A stretch of DNA of 64,000 bases from Octopus vulgaris. Its lineage: Eukaryota. The notes beneath the pieces are model-generated. The model saw only the letters and a program-made list of their open reading frames with translations, was not told the origin of the DNA and did no database searches. The position numbers and the translations under genes are program-made. Positions 1 to 12,666 of the stretch are shown here, piece by piece (the stretch's first letter is position 1; each line of letters opens with the position of its first letter). The stretch covers positions 110,360,001 through 110,424,000 of the forward strand of contig OX597815.1 in assembly GCA_951406725.2 (NCBI GenBank), written 5' to 3'.

Positions 1-227
1 ACTGGGGTCGATGTAATCGACTTAATACCTATGTATGTTCTTGTTTGTCCCCTCTGTGTTTAGCCCCTTGTGGGTAATAAAGAAATAGGTATTTCGTCTG
101 TCTTTATGTTCTGAATTTAAATTCCGCCGAGGATCGATAAATTAAGTACCAATTGCGTGCTGGGGTCTATCTAATCAACAGGTCTCCTCCCCCAAAAAAT
201 TTCGAGCCTTGTGCCTAGAGTAGAAAA
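1..227 (+). mobile_element. SINE family A, 3' part of a dimeric copy (cut by window edge)
   Basis: Contains ctggggtcgatgtaatcgacttaat, ttccgccgagg, gataaattaagtacc and the tail ccttgtgcctagagtagaaaa, shared with copies at 16591, 41892 and 56587. Confidence 0.8.
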
Positions 228-344
228 AATATATATATTATTATATTTGTGCGTGTGTGCTTAATACATGCTCATGTATAGAAGTGAGCATGTATGCATA
301 AGTATATGTATCTTTTATTTATTTCCGTCATTTTTGAAGAAATC

Positions 345-562
345 CACCCCAGGGCTTATTTTTTAAAGCCTAATTCTTATTCTGCTGCTCTCTTTTATCG
401 AAACTTTTGGTAACTTTGGTTACCAACAAAGTAGGCCGAAACAATAAGTACTAAGCTTTAAAGCTAAGATCTGAGGTTGATTTTTCAAAAACTAAAACCC
501 TTCTAGGCAGTATCCTAGTATGGCCGCAGGCAAATGACTGAAGCTAGTTAAAGGTCAAGGAT
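345..562. mobile_element. Degenerate fragments of SINE family B (one minus, one plus)
   Basis: ccccagggcttatt...tctcttttatcgaaac matches the minus-strand copies; tatggccgcaggcaaatgactgaa matches the 3' end. Confidence 0.55.
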
Positions 563-848
563 AAAATGTAAAAAAAATATATGTACATGCATGCATGCAC
601 ACACATGTATGTGTGTGTCTGCATGTTCATGTTGAGGCGTGTACGTGGTTGCCATGTGTGTGAACGTGTATGTAAACTTTTCTCTACTCTGTCTCTATGT
701 ACTTATATATGCATTGTCCCATATGCGTTTTTATTTTTCATAAACATGGACCGACAAACCGGTTGGCGCCAAACTATACACATACACTGAAGTATATGAC
801 GATAAATATATCATATATATATATAAATATATATATATATTAGTGTGG

Positions 849-880
<32 letters not shown>

Positions 881-905
881 TAATATATATATATATATAT
901 ATATA

Positions 906-1024
906 TGGCCTGCTCGCTTAGCCAGCGGAGTGGCGTCATTCGAAGGCTAAAACAATGCGAACGCATTGTGACCAGCGATGTGTAACAACATCTGATGGTC
1001 TGGTCGGTCACGTGATCACGTGAT
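906..1024 (+). mobile_element. ~118 bp structured interspersed repeat in (TA)n, copy 1 of 3
   Basis: ggcctgctcgcttagccagc...ggtcacgtgatcacgtgata, near-identical at 35948 and 54837. Confidence 0.85.
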
Positions 1025-1126
1025 ATATATATGTATGTTAGTATATGGAGTGACAGAAGGTAAAAATAGTTATCCCTATACAGAAAGTAAATTACAGAAT
1101 ATGTATACGTATATATATATATATAT

Positions 1127-1248
<122 letters not shown>

Positions 1249-1274
1249 AATATGTGTGTGTGTGTGTGTGTATC

Positions 1275-1491
1275 TGAGTGGGGCTGAAAAGTTCCCGACT
1301 TTAAGAGTATCGTGAAGGGCCTGCTTGGAGACCCAAACATCCGAGTTCTTTTACATGGCTTAGGAAAACTGAAGGACTGCTGTAATATGTGGGTGAATCT
1401 CAAAGAGAAATATGTTGAATAAAATCATAATCAACTGATCCTCCCGTATTTTCTTTTACGCAAAAGCCATGAACTTTTCAGCACACTTCCG
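1275..1491 (+). mobile_element. Mariner-derived MITE / internally deleted mariner
   Basis: Imperfect TIRs gctgaaaagttcccgacttt / aaagccatgaacttttcagc; interior reads FLHGLGKLKDCCNMWVNLKEKYVE*, like a mariner C-terminus; second partial copy at 27715. Confidence 0.7.
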
Positions 1492-1589
1492 TATATGTGT
1501 GTATGTGTATGTATTTATAAGTTTATATCTACATTTGTACATATATTTGTGCATGTATAAATATGTATGGATATGTGTGTGGGGGGTGT

Positions 1590-1740
1590 AGTTGGAATTT
1601 ACAAAAAAGAAACAAAAGACGAAGACTGGTATGTAAATAACAAACATATGAATTAGTTTAACGCTCGGGAAGTGAGAAAGTCTTTTACGTTTCGAGCGTA
1701 CGCTCTTCAACAGAAAGGAACACAGAAATAAGCAGAGAGC
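1590..1740 (-). mobile_element. Solo PLE pseudo-LTR (family P1) with hammerhead-like motif
   Basis: Reverse strand cttt-CTGTTGA-A-GAGC-gtac-GCTC-GAAAC-GTA-aaag; homologous to 12480-12632 and 42890-43042. Confidence 0.7.
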
Positions 1741-1831
1741 GAAAGTATAAATGTGTATATGTACTCATATACATACATACATAATACATATATTTATTTA
1801 TTTATTATTTATTTATTTATTTATATGCATA

Positions 1832-2372
1832 TAGTCATCTTTCATCTTTCCACACGGCCTCCTGCTAGGCTAAACACGGAGGTCTACATCAAGTGCCTAG
1901 AAGAGGTAGTGCTGTCCTGGGGCAAAAACAAGGCTGCTTGAAGTCCCTGCTGGAAGACTCTGCGTCATATCACACAAGCAGGAGAACCTAGTCATGGCTG
2001 TCAGACAATTTCTGCGACCACATCACCCCTAACATCTGGCCACCTAACTCCCCAAACTGCAATCCCCTTGAATATTATGTGTGGGAGAAGTTGAGTGAGA
2101 GACCAAGAAAAATCCTTGTAACACCAAAGAGGAACTGAAGGCAAGAATTATAGCAGCATTCACCAACATAAACAAGAAGACCGCCCAGAAGAGTTGCAGG
2201 AGTTTCCGAATTCCATCGGGATGAAGGCAATGGTGATTTTATTGAATAAATTTACTGTTAGTATTTCAAGATATTTTTATGTAATTTTGGCAAATATATT
2301 TGTTAAAACGAGATGTCTGTGTTATTTTCTTTTTTGTGTAATTTAGACGACAATATATTCACTGTACCTTTT
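1832..2372 (+). pseudogene. Tc1/mariner-superfamily transposase relic, 3' half (maT/DD37D-like)
   Basis: Translates RLNTEVYIKCLEEVV ... HTSRRT*SWLSDNFCDHITPNIWPPNSPNCNPLEYYVW ... NTKEELKARI, with stops and frameshifts. Confidence 0.75.
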
Positions 2373-2389
2373 ATATATGTATGTGTAGA

Positions 2390-2690
2390 GACAGGCATTA
2401 AGGTGTACCTAAGAAGCTTGCTTTGTGATTGCGTGTTTCCGGGTTCGGTGCCAATAAACAGTACCTGATGCCAGGACAAGGTTGCTTTTTTTCTGCTTTA
2501 GTCTCGAATCAACGAATGTTTTCGAGTGAATTTAGCGGGCGAGAATTGTGTTGGCTTGTTTGCGTTCCAGTCACGTCGTCACCAAAATAATGATAGGCTA
2601 TAAGACATAATTACTGGAGTGAATTTGTCCTGCTAAACCACGCAATTCCGTACATATGGGGGTGGGACGCTGTCCAATGACTGAAGCTAC
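2390..2690 (+). mobile_element. Highly degenerate SINE family B copy
   Basis: aagaagcttgct...ccgggttcggtgcc head and ccaatgactgaagc tail resemble family B. Confidence 0.4.
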
Positions 2691-2870
2691 TAGAGACTCA
2701 TTCACACGTATAATCACTTTCATATATGTTTATGAGTATATATGTATATGTATATATATATGTATATATATATATATATATAAATCTATATATATATATA
2801 ATCTATATATCCATTTATATATATGTATATACTTATATATTTATATATATGTTTATATACATATATATTT

Positions 2871-2939
<69 letters not shown>

Positions 2940-4061
2940 CATATATTCATATATACATACATATATATATACAAATATATATATATATATACATACTCAC
3001 AGATGCATTACGTTAGTAAATGCAATTTTATCTATATCTCTCGGCCCCTCTCTCTCTGTCTCTCCCTCTTTGTGTGTGTGCGTGTATATATACACACACT
3101 ATGAAACAAGATGTGAAGTAGGTGGAATGTCACCACCTCAAACTTAGGCTGTGTAACAATCGTTTATGGGCCTAAAATTTGAAATTTGTGTGTCTGTGAG
3201 CGAGCATCAGATAAAATGTCAAGTGGAATATAATAATGTCGTTTACTGTACTGAGTTCAAAACCAACCAATGTCGAATTTGTTTTTCATCATTATGGACT
3301 TAAAGATATAAAGATTTATTGTTGTTGTTTAGTTCGTAGTATGACATAACCAAACTGATTCATAACTGAAATAATTCCTGTCGTTTAAATTGGGGTCTTT
3401 TCGGTGGTCCGAGTTACCACATCATGTAATATGTTTGTCACGTGACTATGTTTGTCATTTAACTCTAGCGGTTCGCGCGAAGACAAATTGACTTCCTTGT
3501 TAGATCACGGCAGTACCAAGTAAATGTGTACCAAGGGACACCTTCATTCTGAGTGAAGCTTGCGCCAAGATTGCAACAAGAGCAAAAAAGAAAAAAAAAT
3601 AACAATAGGATGTGGGTGGAGAAATTTGTGCTTGAGATAGGAGTAAGTAGTGTGGTTTGTGAGCTTGTTTAACGTGATGTAAGGATAATTTTAGTGGAAA
3701 CAGAATGCACAGATATTAAAGAGGAGGTGAATAATTGACTAACGAGTATAATTCCAGCACTTGAGTAAGTGTAGAATCTGGTGCTGCGCGACAGGTCGAA
3801 AAATTCCTATAGCCTGGCCATAACGATTGAAAAAGATCGAACGCTGCTTTACCTTTCCTGTATACACATATGTGTGCGAGTATGTGCATGTGCGCAGGTG
3901 GGTGAAGGTAAGCATGTATGTATGTGTACGCATACATATAATTACAGTAATATATCTACATACAGACACAAACTTACACGCGCACACACATATCAATGCA
4001 TATACATATGGACATACATCTATAAATACATGCAAACACACACCTATACATATATATTTGT

Positions 4062-4310
4062 ATGTCCTCGCCCAAAAATGGCTTGTTGTGTATGTGTATC
4101 CATGTATTATGCCTCATTGCCTTAATATTGAAAGTAATTGTCACTCCACTTTATATAGAGCAAACACATAATTGTGAATTGAGACATATTTCATAACCAG
4201 ATACATACATATTTCTTGCATAACTTCAGTATGCAAACAATAAACAATACATCTATTAACAAAAGCAACGAAATACAGTAACAAGAACACACACCTATTA
4301 TAAATAGCTA
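4062..4310. repeat. Dispersed ~240 bp repeat, copy 1 (copy 2 at 8252-8487)
   Basis: atgtcctcgcccaa...gcctcattgcc...acaaaagcaa...aagaacacac shared between the copies. Confidence 0.7.
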
Positions 4311-4942
4311 TGTGTGGGTGTGTGTGCTTGTACATACATTTGTATGTGTACATTTTTGTATGCATAATAGTGATAGATAGAGCTACCGAGCTTTTATGTG
4401 TGGGCATGAGCATGGCTAAATATATGTACATGTATATGTACATGCATACATATATCCATACATATAGACAAACATATATACATATATGTGAATATGTGTG
4501 TGTGTGAGTGTGTGTGTGTTTACAAAATGATTGGTAAGTTACTTTTGCATTTACATGATATATAATTTTCTGTTGCCATTTTGTTACCATTTTGTGTAAA
4601 TATATTTTTACAATATATTTGCTTCTGTGGTCAGGAAATTGTGCGATTAATGTATTGTTGTATAAATGTCAAAGGTGAAGAGGTACTAGTATTCTTAAAA
4701 CGATAATCTAATTTAAATGTACGACAGATGTAATTCAATGTCCGTAGTTCAACAGCTACTTTGGAATCCTCAGCCATGGTAGCCGACAGAAATATGTAGT
4801 TAGGTATATCAAATGATTGTAGTAATCAGTAAGGACTGTAGTATAGAGATGGAGAGTATGAGAGAAGGAGAAAGTGACAGATGAAGATGAGAGATAAGAC
4901 AATAACGAAGAAGCTAAACAGACTTTAGTCGAAACTAGATTA

Positions 4943-5228
4943 CGAGGTGTTATCAAAACGTTTCCAGACTAATTCTGTAGCGCACCAACAGATCGCAGTA
5001 CACGGTTGCGTGTGTAGAGACAGCTAGCAGCGATCTTCACGAAGCACTGTGTCGAGTGACATCGCTGTGTTTACTTTGCAAGTTATGAAATCTGCGTTTT
5101 TGTGATCATGTTTGTGCTGTAGTCTGCGATTTTGTCATGGAGAGGAACAAAGAGACAATATGAAATATTGCGTTAAACTTGGGAAGTTTACTTCAAGGAC
5201 ATTGAGCATGCTTCAGCAAGCTTATTGG
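4943..5228 (+). mobile_element. Mariner 5' fragment (TIR plus transposase N-terminus)
   Basis: TA-cgaggtgttatcaaaacgtttcc TIR-like end; EEQRDNMKYCVKLGKFTSRTLSMLQQAY resembles the mariner N-terminal HTH. Confidence 0.7.
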
Positions 5229-5306
5229 TATATACGTATATCTAGCTATCTAAGCTGGGAGGATGTAAACTCTGACATTTTTCTCCTTTTCTTCTCTTGT
5301 TCTCTA

Positions 5307-5340
5307 CCCCTGACGAAAGATTCAATCCGAAACGTTGGAT
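5307..5340 (+). ncRNA. Minimal type-I hammerhead-like motif
   Basis: cc-CTGACGA-aaGATtcaATCc-GAAAC-GTT-gg; palindromic AACGTT stem III. Confidence 0.55.
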
Positions 5341-5385
5341 ATTCCACTCCTCACTGCAAGTACATTGTACCCTTTCACTTTTCCA

Positions 5386-5464
<79 letters not shown>

Positions 5465-5466
<2 letters not shown>

Positions 5467-5580
5467 TCTTTTATTCTTTTACTTGTTTCAGTCATTTTGA
5501 CTGCGGCCATGCTGGAGCACCACCATTTTAGTCGAGCAAATCAACCCCAGGACTTGTTCTTTGTGAGCCTAGTACTTATA
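5465..5580 (-). mobile_element. SINE family B, 3' fragment
   Basis: gtttcagtcattttgactgcggccatgctggagcacc, as at 14588 and 59544. Confidence 0.8.
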
Positions 5581-6280
5581 CCATTAACAAGTGGTCATCC
5601 ATTTTGCTAGAAGAAGATCCGCTATGGTCTTATATGCTACAGCACTGGTTTTCAATTCATATTAATTAAATTAATATTCAATTTTTCACCCTTATTGTGT
5701 GTGTGTGTATATTAGCAATTCGTATAAAATTGCATCAATGACTTGAACTTGAATAAGTGGTTTCACATAAATGGGGATAACTTAAAAAGGTTTATTGTTA
5801 TTATTATTACTGTTTGACTATTGTAATCACGTTTGTTGGTAACTCGTCAGGGAAACGTTGTTGTGTTGCATTTGTTAAATAATTGTAAACCGTAACCCCC
5901 CCACCCTTTTTGGTTATTGTTTAAAAATTGAATTGTGTCCCCGTTTGGGGAAATTTCACGGAAGCATTTTTGTTAAAATGCCTTCGATAGAAGAAAGTCC
6001 AAAAATGAATTTCGCTGCAGCCGTACACTTCTATACAAGAGAGAGGACAAGATCCAATTGATTGAAATTGCAAGAGACGGGCTTACAATTCCAGTCTATT
6101 ATATATATATTTTGAGTATTGTTATCACTAGCGATATCAAGATATAACTTAGTATTTTGTATTTTATGTGTAGATGTATATATATAGATGTACATGTAAT
6201 ATGTACACATATATATACACATATATACATGCATAATATATCTACCCATACACACATACGCACACACACACACATACATA

Positions 6281-6417
6281 GAGGCAGGTGTGGGTGTGTG
6301 GTAACAAACTACGTTCCAAACACATGGTCCTGGGTTCAGTCCCACTGTGTGGTGACTTGGCATGTGTCTTCTGCTGTAGCTTCATACCAACAAAAGCCTT
6401 CTCAGTGGATTTTGTAC
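6281..6417 (+). mobile_element. SINE family B, tRNA-like head and CORE-like segment
   Basis: gtgtgtggtaa...gggttcagtcccactg...ttggcatgtgtcttctgctgtagc. Confidence 0.7.
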
Positions 6418-6656
6418 ATATATACAGGCATACATACATATATATATACATGCATACGTACATATTCGGCATAAACACTCTACCACTACAACTAATAACT
6501 GTTGGGAACACTTTCAAACCTGCCTTACATTCGAATCAGAATCTCAACGCCCGAGTTTTCCATCTGAAGTTAATCTCTCTCATGGAGCTCTTACAAAAAG
6601 GGCTACAAGTTTTAGGGAAACACACAGACAGACAGACAGACAGACACACATTCTCA

Positions 6657-6723
<67 letters not shown>

Positions 6724-6830
6724 AGAGTTTACGAAAAAAAAAAGACGAAGATAGGTGGTGTACAAAACAAACAGATGTATTAGTATAACGCTCATATATA
6801 TATATATATATATATATATACAAAAATATA

Positions 6831-6868
<38 letters not shown>

Positions 6869-6873
<5 letters not shown>

Positions 6874-8074
6874 GTTGGTCAAAATGATGGAGAAACCTAG
6901 CATCATAATTTTGAAATATCTATAAAACCGTCAAAAGCTTGCTTAGTTTTGTTTCTTTTTTATTTATTATTAGTGTTGCTTAATATGTTTTGCTAAAATT
7001 GCTGTTTCTTTTCAGATATCATCAGAAAAAGGTAAATAAATTCATCAATATGACAGATCTGTTGGACTTTCAAAGAGGTCAACTTGTTGGTGCTCGTATG
7101 GCAGGCGCTAGCGTAACGCAAACAGCCGAAATGTTTAGTGTATGTAGTAGTACTGTCTCGAAAGTAATGACAGCCTTTGAGAAAGAGGGAAAACCCTCCT
7201 CGTCGAAACAAAACTCCGGAAGAGAACTAAAACTTTCAGATGGGGACTGTCGGTCTCTGACGCGAATTGTTAAAAAGTACAGTCCCCAAAAGTACTGCAG
7301 AGCTTAATGAACACATCGTGAACCCAGTTTCCACAAAGACTGTCAGCCGGGAGCTGAACAAAACCGGATTTCACAGTCGGGCTGCAATCAGAAAACCACT
7401 ACTTCCAAAAACAAGCGTTGCAAAGCGTTTAGAGTGGAGTAAAAACCTACAGAATTGGTCCCTAGAGCAGTAGAAGAATGTTATTTTCTCGGACGTGTCA
7501 TCCTTTGCATTCTTTCCGACCACCCGCCGAGTATACGTGTGGAGACAGCCAAAAGAAGCATTTAACCCAGACTGCCTTCTTCCAACTGTTAAACATGGAG
7601 GAGGATCTGTGATGATCTGAATGGGGGGGACTATATCTTGGAAATCCGCTTCCCTTTATGACAGCCAAGATTATTTAAGCATTTTATCTGATCAAATTCA
7701 TCCTATTGGTTGCGGAACAGTTTTCGGAGGGAAACACAGCTAAAGTTATTACTGAACGGTACGACGAACATACTAGTTAAGTTGAATATCTTATCTGGCC
7801 ACCGCAGTCCCAAGATCTTAATATTATTGAACATTTATGGTGCATTTTAGAAAAACAAGTAAGGAGTCAATATCCTCCACCATCATCACTAAAAGAACTG
7901 GAGAATGTTTTAGCTGAAGAATGGACAAAATTCCTTTGGAAACAATTCAAACTTTGTACGAGTCCATACCTCGTAGAATTCAAGCTGTAATTATTGCCAA
8001 AGGTGGTCCTACCCCATATTAATATAAATTTGTTTGAAATTTTAAGGTGTTTCCATTATTTTGTCCAATCCCTG
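6869..8074 (+). mobile_element. Near full-length Tc1-like DNA transposon (defective)
   Basis: TIRs aggggttggtcaaaatgatggagaaacct / aggtgtttccattattttgtccaatccctg, both flanked by TA. Confidence 0.9.
7050..8022 (+). pseudogene. Tc1 transposase pseudogene
   Basis: MTDLLDFQRGQLVGARMAG (paired HTH), RKPLL, VIFSD, PTVKHGGGSVMI, WPPQSQDLNIIEHLW, AKGGPTPY*; stops, frameshifts and an internal deletion. Confidence 0.9.
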
Positions 8075-8251
8075 TACACTTACATAAATATGTGTGTGTG
8101 AATATATATATATGTATATATATATGTATATATATGTGCGTATATGTATATATATATATATATATATACACATATATTTATACATATATATATATGTGTG
8201 TGTGTGTATGGCCATGGATAGTTAGTTCTATATCTGTATCCTTATAATACA

Positions 8252-8487
8252 TATGTCCTCGTCCAAGAATAGTTTGTTGTATATGTAAACCCATATAATA
8301 CGCCTCATTGCCTCAATATCCGAATTAATTGTTACTTCGCTTGATATAAATCTAACACAAAATACTGAATAGAGGCGAGGTTTTATAACCCAAAGCACAC
8401 ATATTACTTACATCACTTCAATACACAAAGTATAAACATACTCACAAAAGCAAAGATAGACAATGTATAAGAACACACAGGCATTAT
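8252..8487. repeat. Dispersed ~240 bp repeat, copy 2
   Basis: Homologous to 4062-4310, same orientation. Confidence 0.7.
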
Positions 8488-8537
8488 ATAGAGAGCTTGT
8501 GCAAGCGTACTGGCACTTGCGTGTATGTTTGTGTCTG

Positions 8538-8647
<110 letters not shown>

Positions 8648-8853
8648 AGTGTGTATGTGTGTGTGCGCGCGCGCGTGTGGTGTGAATGCTTCAATATAAA
8701 GAAATAGAAGCGTCAGTTCTCATTTCTGAATATATCGAGCAAAAAGTATATACTTTAAGCTTAAAGTTCAAATTTCGTAATCCAGAATATTATACATGTA
8801 TCTAAGTATAATGCATGAATAAATTCACATGATACAAGAAGTGAGAGAATGAA

Positions 8854-8915
8854 TGTTCACAGCTGTTTCGTAGTTTGTAACTGGTTATATCAGCGACGCT
8901 ACATCATCCGACACA
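8854..8915 (-). ncRNA. Degenerate hammerhead-like motif
   Basis: Reverse strand CGGATGA-tGTAG...CTAC-GAAAC-AGCT-GTG-aaca; palindromic ACAGCTGT stem III; core and cleavage base mutated. Confidence 0.45.
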
Positions 8916-9049
8916 TGTAAATAAATATGTTCATGTATGTATGTATGTATGTATGTATGTATGTATGTATGTATGTATGTATGTATGTATGTATGCATGT
9001 ATGTATGTATGTATGTATGTATGTATGTATGTATCTATCTATCTATCTA

Positions 9050-9113
<64 letters not shown>

Positions 9114-9116
9114 AAA

Positions 9117-9182
<66 letters not shown>

Positions 9183-9197
9183 TTTATATATCTATCT

Positions 9198-9548
9198 ATC
9201 TTCTATCTCTATATTATAATTCTGAAATGCAAAAAGTTTGTCTCGTTTTGGCATTAGAACGGGTTAAAGGCTACTAGATCCCGTCGGATTGACTCCAAAA
9301 TTTACAGGGACATGTAAAATGAGGTGAGGCTGTCAGTGGGCTAGCTTAGAAATCCCCATCTTAAAAGGTGTGGTTGCTAGGTCCAAAAACGCACACTTTG
9401 ACAAGTCTCCTCTCATTCTTTTATGTGTCTGTCTTTCTCCATCTCTCTCTCTTTCCTCCCTTCCCTTCACATTCTCTCTATAACGTCGTTTCACAGCGTC
9501 TATTATCTTTCCCCCGCCGCCATCGCGTTCTATTATCTGCCTGTCTTC

Positions 9549-9590
<42 letters not shown>

Positions 9591-10088
9591 TCCCTTCCTT
9601 TCACTTTCTCTCTATAACGTCGTTTGATAGCGTCTATCTTTCCTCCGCTGCCTTCGCTTGCGCTGTCACTCTTTCTCTCTCTCTCTACGTCTGTCTGCAT
9701 TCATAGAGAGAGTTATCATCGCCACCACCACCACAACCACCACCACCACTACCACACAATCATGAGAATCTTTCTCTTAAAACAAATCATCTTTAAGTTT
9801 CAAAATATTTCATTTTTCAGTCCTCTCTTTCATATATCACCTTTTCTTCCTCGACCTCTCTCTTTTCCCAATTCCCTCCAATATCTCTCTCTATAACGAC
9901 GTTTGACACCTCCGCCGTCTCTCTTTCTTCTCCAACGTGTCTCTCAATGTATTTCTGTTTGTATCTATAAAGACGAAACGTGACAGCTGCAAAAGTTTAA
10001 ATATTCCCACCACAGGTCTTTCAGAAAGGTGAATTATTATCTCCCACCACCACCGCACAATTATAACAGATATTATTTATCAGAAGAT
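9198..10088. mobile_element. Possible non-autonomous Helitron-like sequences with an internal ~40 bp subrepeat (3 copies)
   Basis: gaacgggttaaaggctaCTAG and reverse-strand gacgggatCTAG ends meet near 9274; tctctataacgtcgtttga-like repeats near 9474, 9609 and 9889. Confidence 0.35.
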
Positions 10089-10124
10089 ATGTTATTATTT
10101 TGCGTGGATAAAAAGATTTAAAGA

Positions 10125-10455
10125 ATGTATTTGAGAAATCTGCAGTTACTCTACCCAGATTACAAGTTCTGGTTTATATCTGTAATTATTGGGGCCTTGG
10201 TATATGTAATATACTGCCTAAATACCAATCTTGAGAAGTTAGGCCAAAAACTAAAAATGAGAAAGCTAATTCGAAGACTACAGATCCAATCCATCACTGG
10301 AACTGCAAAAATCTGTAAACCTTTCCAGAAGTTTATCATTTAACTACATATGAGCATGTCAAGATTTGCAACTATATGCGTGAGAATACATACATAAAAC
10401 ATACAAATCTGCACATACATACATGCATGCATACATACAAACAAAAATACCCTCT
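10125..10455 (+). pseudogene. 3' end of an R4/Dong-like (RLE) non-LTR retrotransposon
   Basis: LYPDYKFWFISVIIGALVYV...LEKLG...LIRRLQIQSITGTAKICK matches the RLE C-terminus; minus copy at 27440-27578. Confidence 0.7.
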
Positions 10456-11032
10456 GGTTCCAATGTTTGCGCCAGCCTTTTAATCTTCAATGTGTTGCCG
10501 TCCATGATGAAGTTTTGAATGCTTGCATTGGTGAGTCTACTATCGTGAGAAAGAATCACTTCAAAACTTGGTGTTTAGGAATTTTCTTTTACATCAAGTT
10601 CAAAATTTTACGTTGCTGTCCGTCGTTAAGAAATGCCGGCCATGGTGAGTCTACTATCTTCAGATTCTATCCCTTCAAACTTTGGTTTCCAATATTTTTT
10701 TTTTTTTATTCAGCTCGCATGTTCGTCTGTCCCTTTTAAATGTTAGTATTTTGCTGTCTGCCTTGAAGCAGACCTTTCCGTTGCCACTGCCTGATATTTA
10801 TGATTGATCTTTCAAAATATTATCTTTCTCAACTTACTCAAGCTCTTTTGTTGTTTATAAATGGGAGAGAGATAGATAGAGAAAGATAGAGAGTAAGAGA
10901 AAGCTAGGGAAAGTCCGAGAAAAAAGAAGAGTATGAGAGTGGGAAAGTGGGAGAGAAAGGAGAGAGAAACAAAGAGGGAGAATGTGGTGATAAACAACAG
11001 AAAGGAAGCAACAGAAAGTAACAACCACACTC

Positions 11033-11067
11033 TTACCCGCGCGTAGAACGGGTCACCTTAAGCTAGT
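11033..11067 (+). mobile_element. Helitron-like 3' terminus
   Basis: Hairpin acccgcgcgtagaacgggt followed by agCTAG-t. Confidence 0.45.
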
Positions 11068-11183
11068 CTATATCTATATTCTTTTTTTGCAGTTGTGATT
11101 TTTCCTTCCTTTTGCTGCTTTTCGTTTTACGAAATGAGAAGATACATTGTGGAACTGTTATTTTAACGAATTGTGTCTATTTA

Positions 11184-11240
11184 TCACCCGATGAGAGACA
11201 TCTGTCCCGCCGGATGCTCCTGAACCAATTGTCAAGTGTC
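11184..11240 (+). ncRNA. Degenerate hammerhead-like motif
   Basis: CCGATGA-GAGaCATCTG-tcccgc-CGGATG-CTCct-GAAC-CAATT-GTC; palindromic CAATTG. Confidence 0.5.
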
Positions 11241-11333
11241 ACTCTCGTGAGGGATCGATGCTAGATGTGTCCAAGCACTTGTCTTGATTAATAATAAATT
11301 CTCGTATATTCCATCTTCCGTCCTATATTTACC

Positions 11334-11421
<88 letters not shown>

Positions 11422-11436
11422 GTCTGTCTGTCTATC

Positions 11437-11820
11437 CTATTGGTCAACAGCTTCTTCCATAACCCAACCTCCCAACCCGGCTCGTTCCCCTGCCTCCGCC
11501 CATGCTTACCTCTCCAACACCGCCCTCCTCACCAATATCATCTCCTGCATCTCCTGCTCTCTCTGCTCTTCTCTATACATCGGGAAAACGGGACGCCGCT
11601 TGGCTGACCGGTTCGCGGAACACCTCCGAGATATCCGACTCAGCAATGACACCCCGGTATCGCGCCATTTCTGTTCTACCGGTCACTCTTTGCAACACCT
11701 GTTCGTGTTCGGATTGTCCTTGCACAGGGGCCATCCGGACTCCCGTTTGTGCCGTGAACAATGATTAATCTTCTCTCTTCGCTCCTTTGCGCCATATAGG
11801 ATCAACTCTCCTCCCCTCGA
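11437..11820 (+). pseudogene. Penelope-like element GIY-YIG endonuclease relic (Neptune-like)
   Basis: Frame from 11531: TNIISCISCSLCSSLYIGKTGRRLADRFAEHLRDIRLSNDTPVSRHFCSTGHS...REQ*LIFSLRSFAPYRIN; upstream PGSFPCLRPC linker. This frame is absent from the ORF track. Confidence 0.9.
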
Positions 11821-12630
11821 CTCTCCCCCAAACCTACTTCTTCCCACCCACCTCTCCTCTCTTGCTCCGACTCCTACTTCTTCTCTTCACTCCTAATCTC
11901 CTTCTCTCTTCTCTTCACTTCTACCCACCTTTCCTACTCCCTTCATCGTCACTCCTCCCTTGTAAGCCCACCCCACCTCTACACATTCCAACCCCATCTT
12001 CCCTATCCTTCCCATCCCACCCCACCCATTACACCCACTCCCACATACTCCACCTCTACCCCACCCTCCGCCTACCCACATACCCCACCTCTATTCCCAC
12101 CCGCAGCCTAACACATACCCCACACTTGCTTTCCCCACTCTCGCCTCCCCTACCTCCCAACACCATCACACCACAGCACACAGCACTACATACACCACCA
12201 TACCACACAGCACATCACATCACAACACACCACCACGCACACACCAGCAATGACCACTTCCCAGCCCCACGTTTTCACACCTACACATACACACACGCAC
12301 ACGTCAAGATTACCAGCCCTCTTCCACACGCACATACAAACTCTCTTATACACACGCACGCGCACCTTCGTTTTGGTATCACCACTACTTTATTATCTCC
12401 CCTTCTCCTTAGCCCTCCTGTGTGACCCTTCTTTCCGGCATTCGCTATGATAGATCGCTGGCCACTACACATTCTTTATTTTCTCTCCTTGTTTCTTTCC
12501 GTGTTCCTTTCTGTGGAAGAGCGTAGGCTCGAAACGTTAAAGATTTTTCACTTTCCGATCGTTAAACTAAAACATCTCTGTGCTGTTTACAACACCTGTC
12601 TTCGTCTTTTGTTTTTTGTGAATTCTCCCC

Positions 12631-12632
<2 letters not shown>
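11821..12632 (+). mobile_element. 3' UTR and pseudo-LTR (family P1) of the Neptune-like PLE
   Basis: Pyrimidine/CA-rich UTR, then cttt-CTGTGGA-A-GAGCgtagGCTC-GAAAC-GTT-aaag (about 12507-12542), ending at (TA)n. Confidence 0.7.

Positions 12633-12664
<32 letters not shown>

Positions 12665-12666
<2 letters not shown>

Noticed and set aside
11787-12425. 212 aa Pro/His/Thr-rich ORF
   Set aside because: Low-complexity C/A-rich 3' UTR of the PLE; no domain signal
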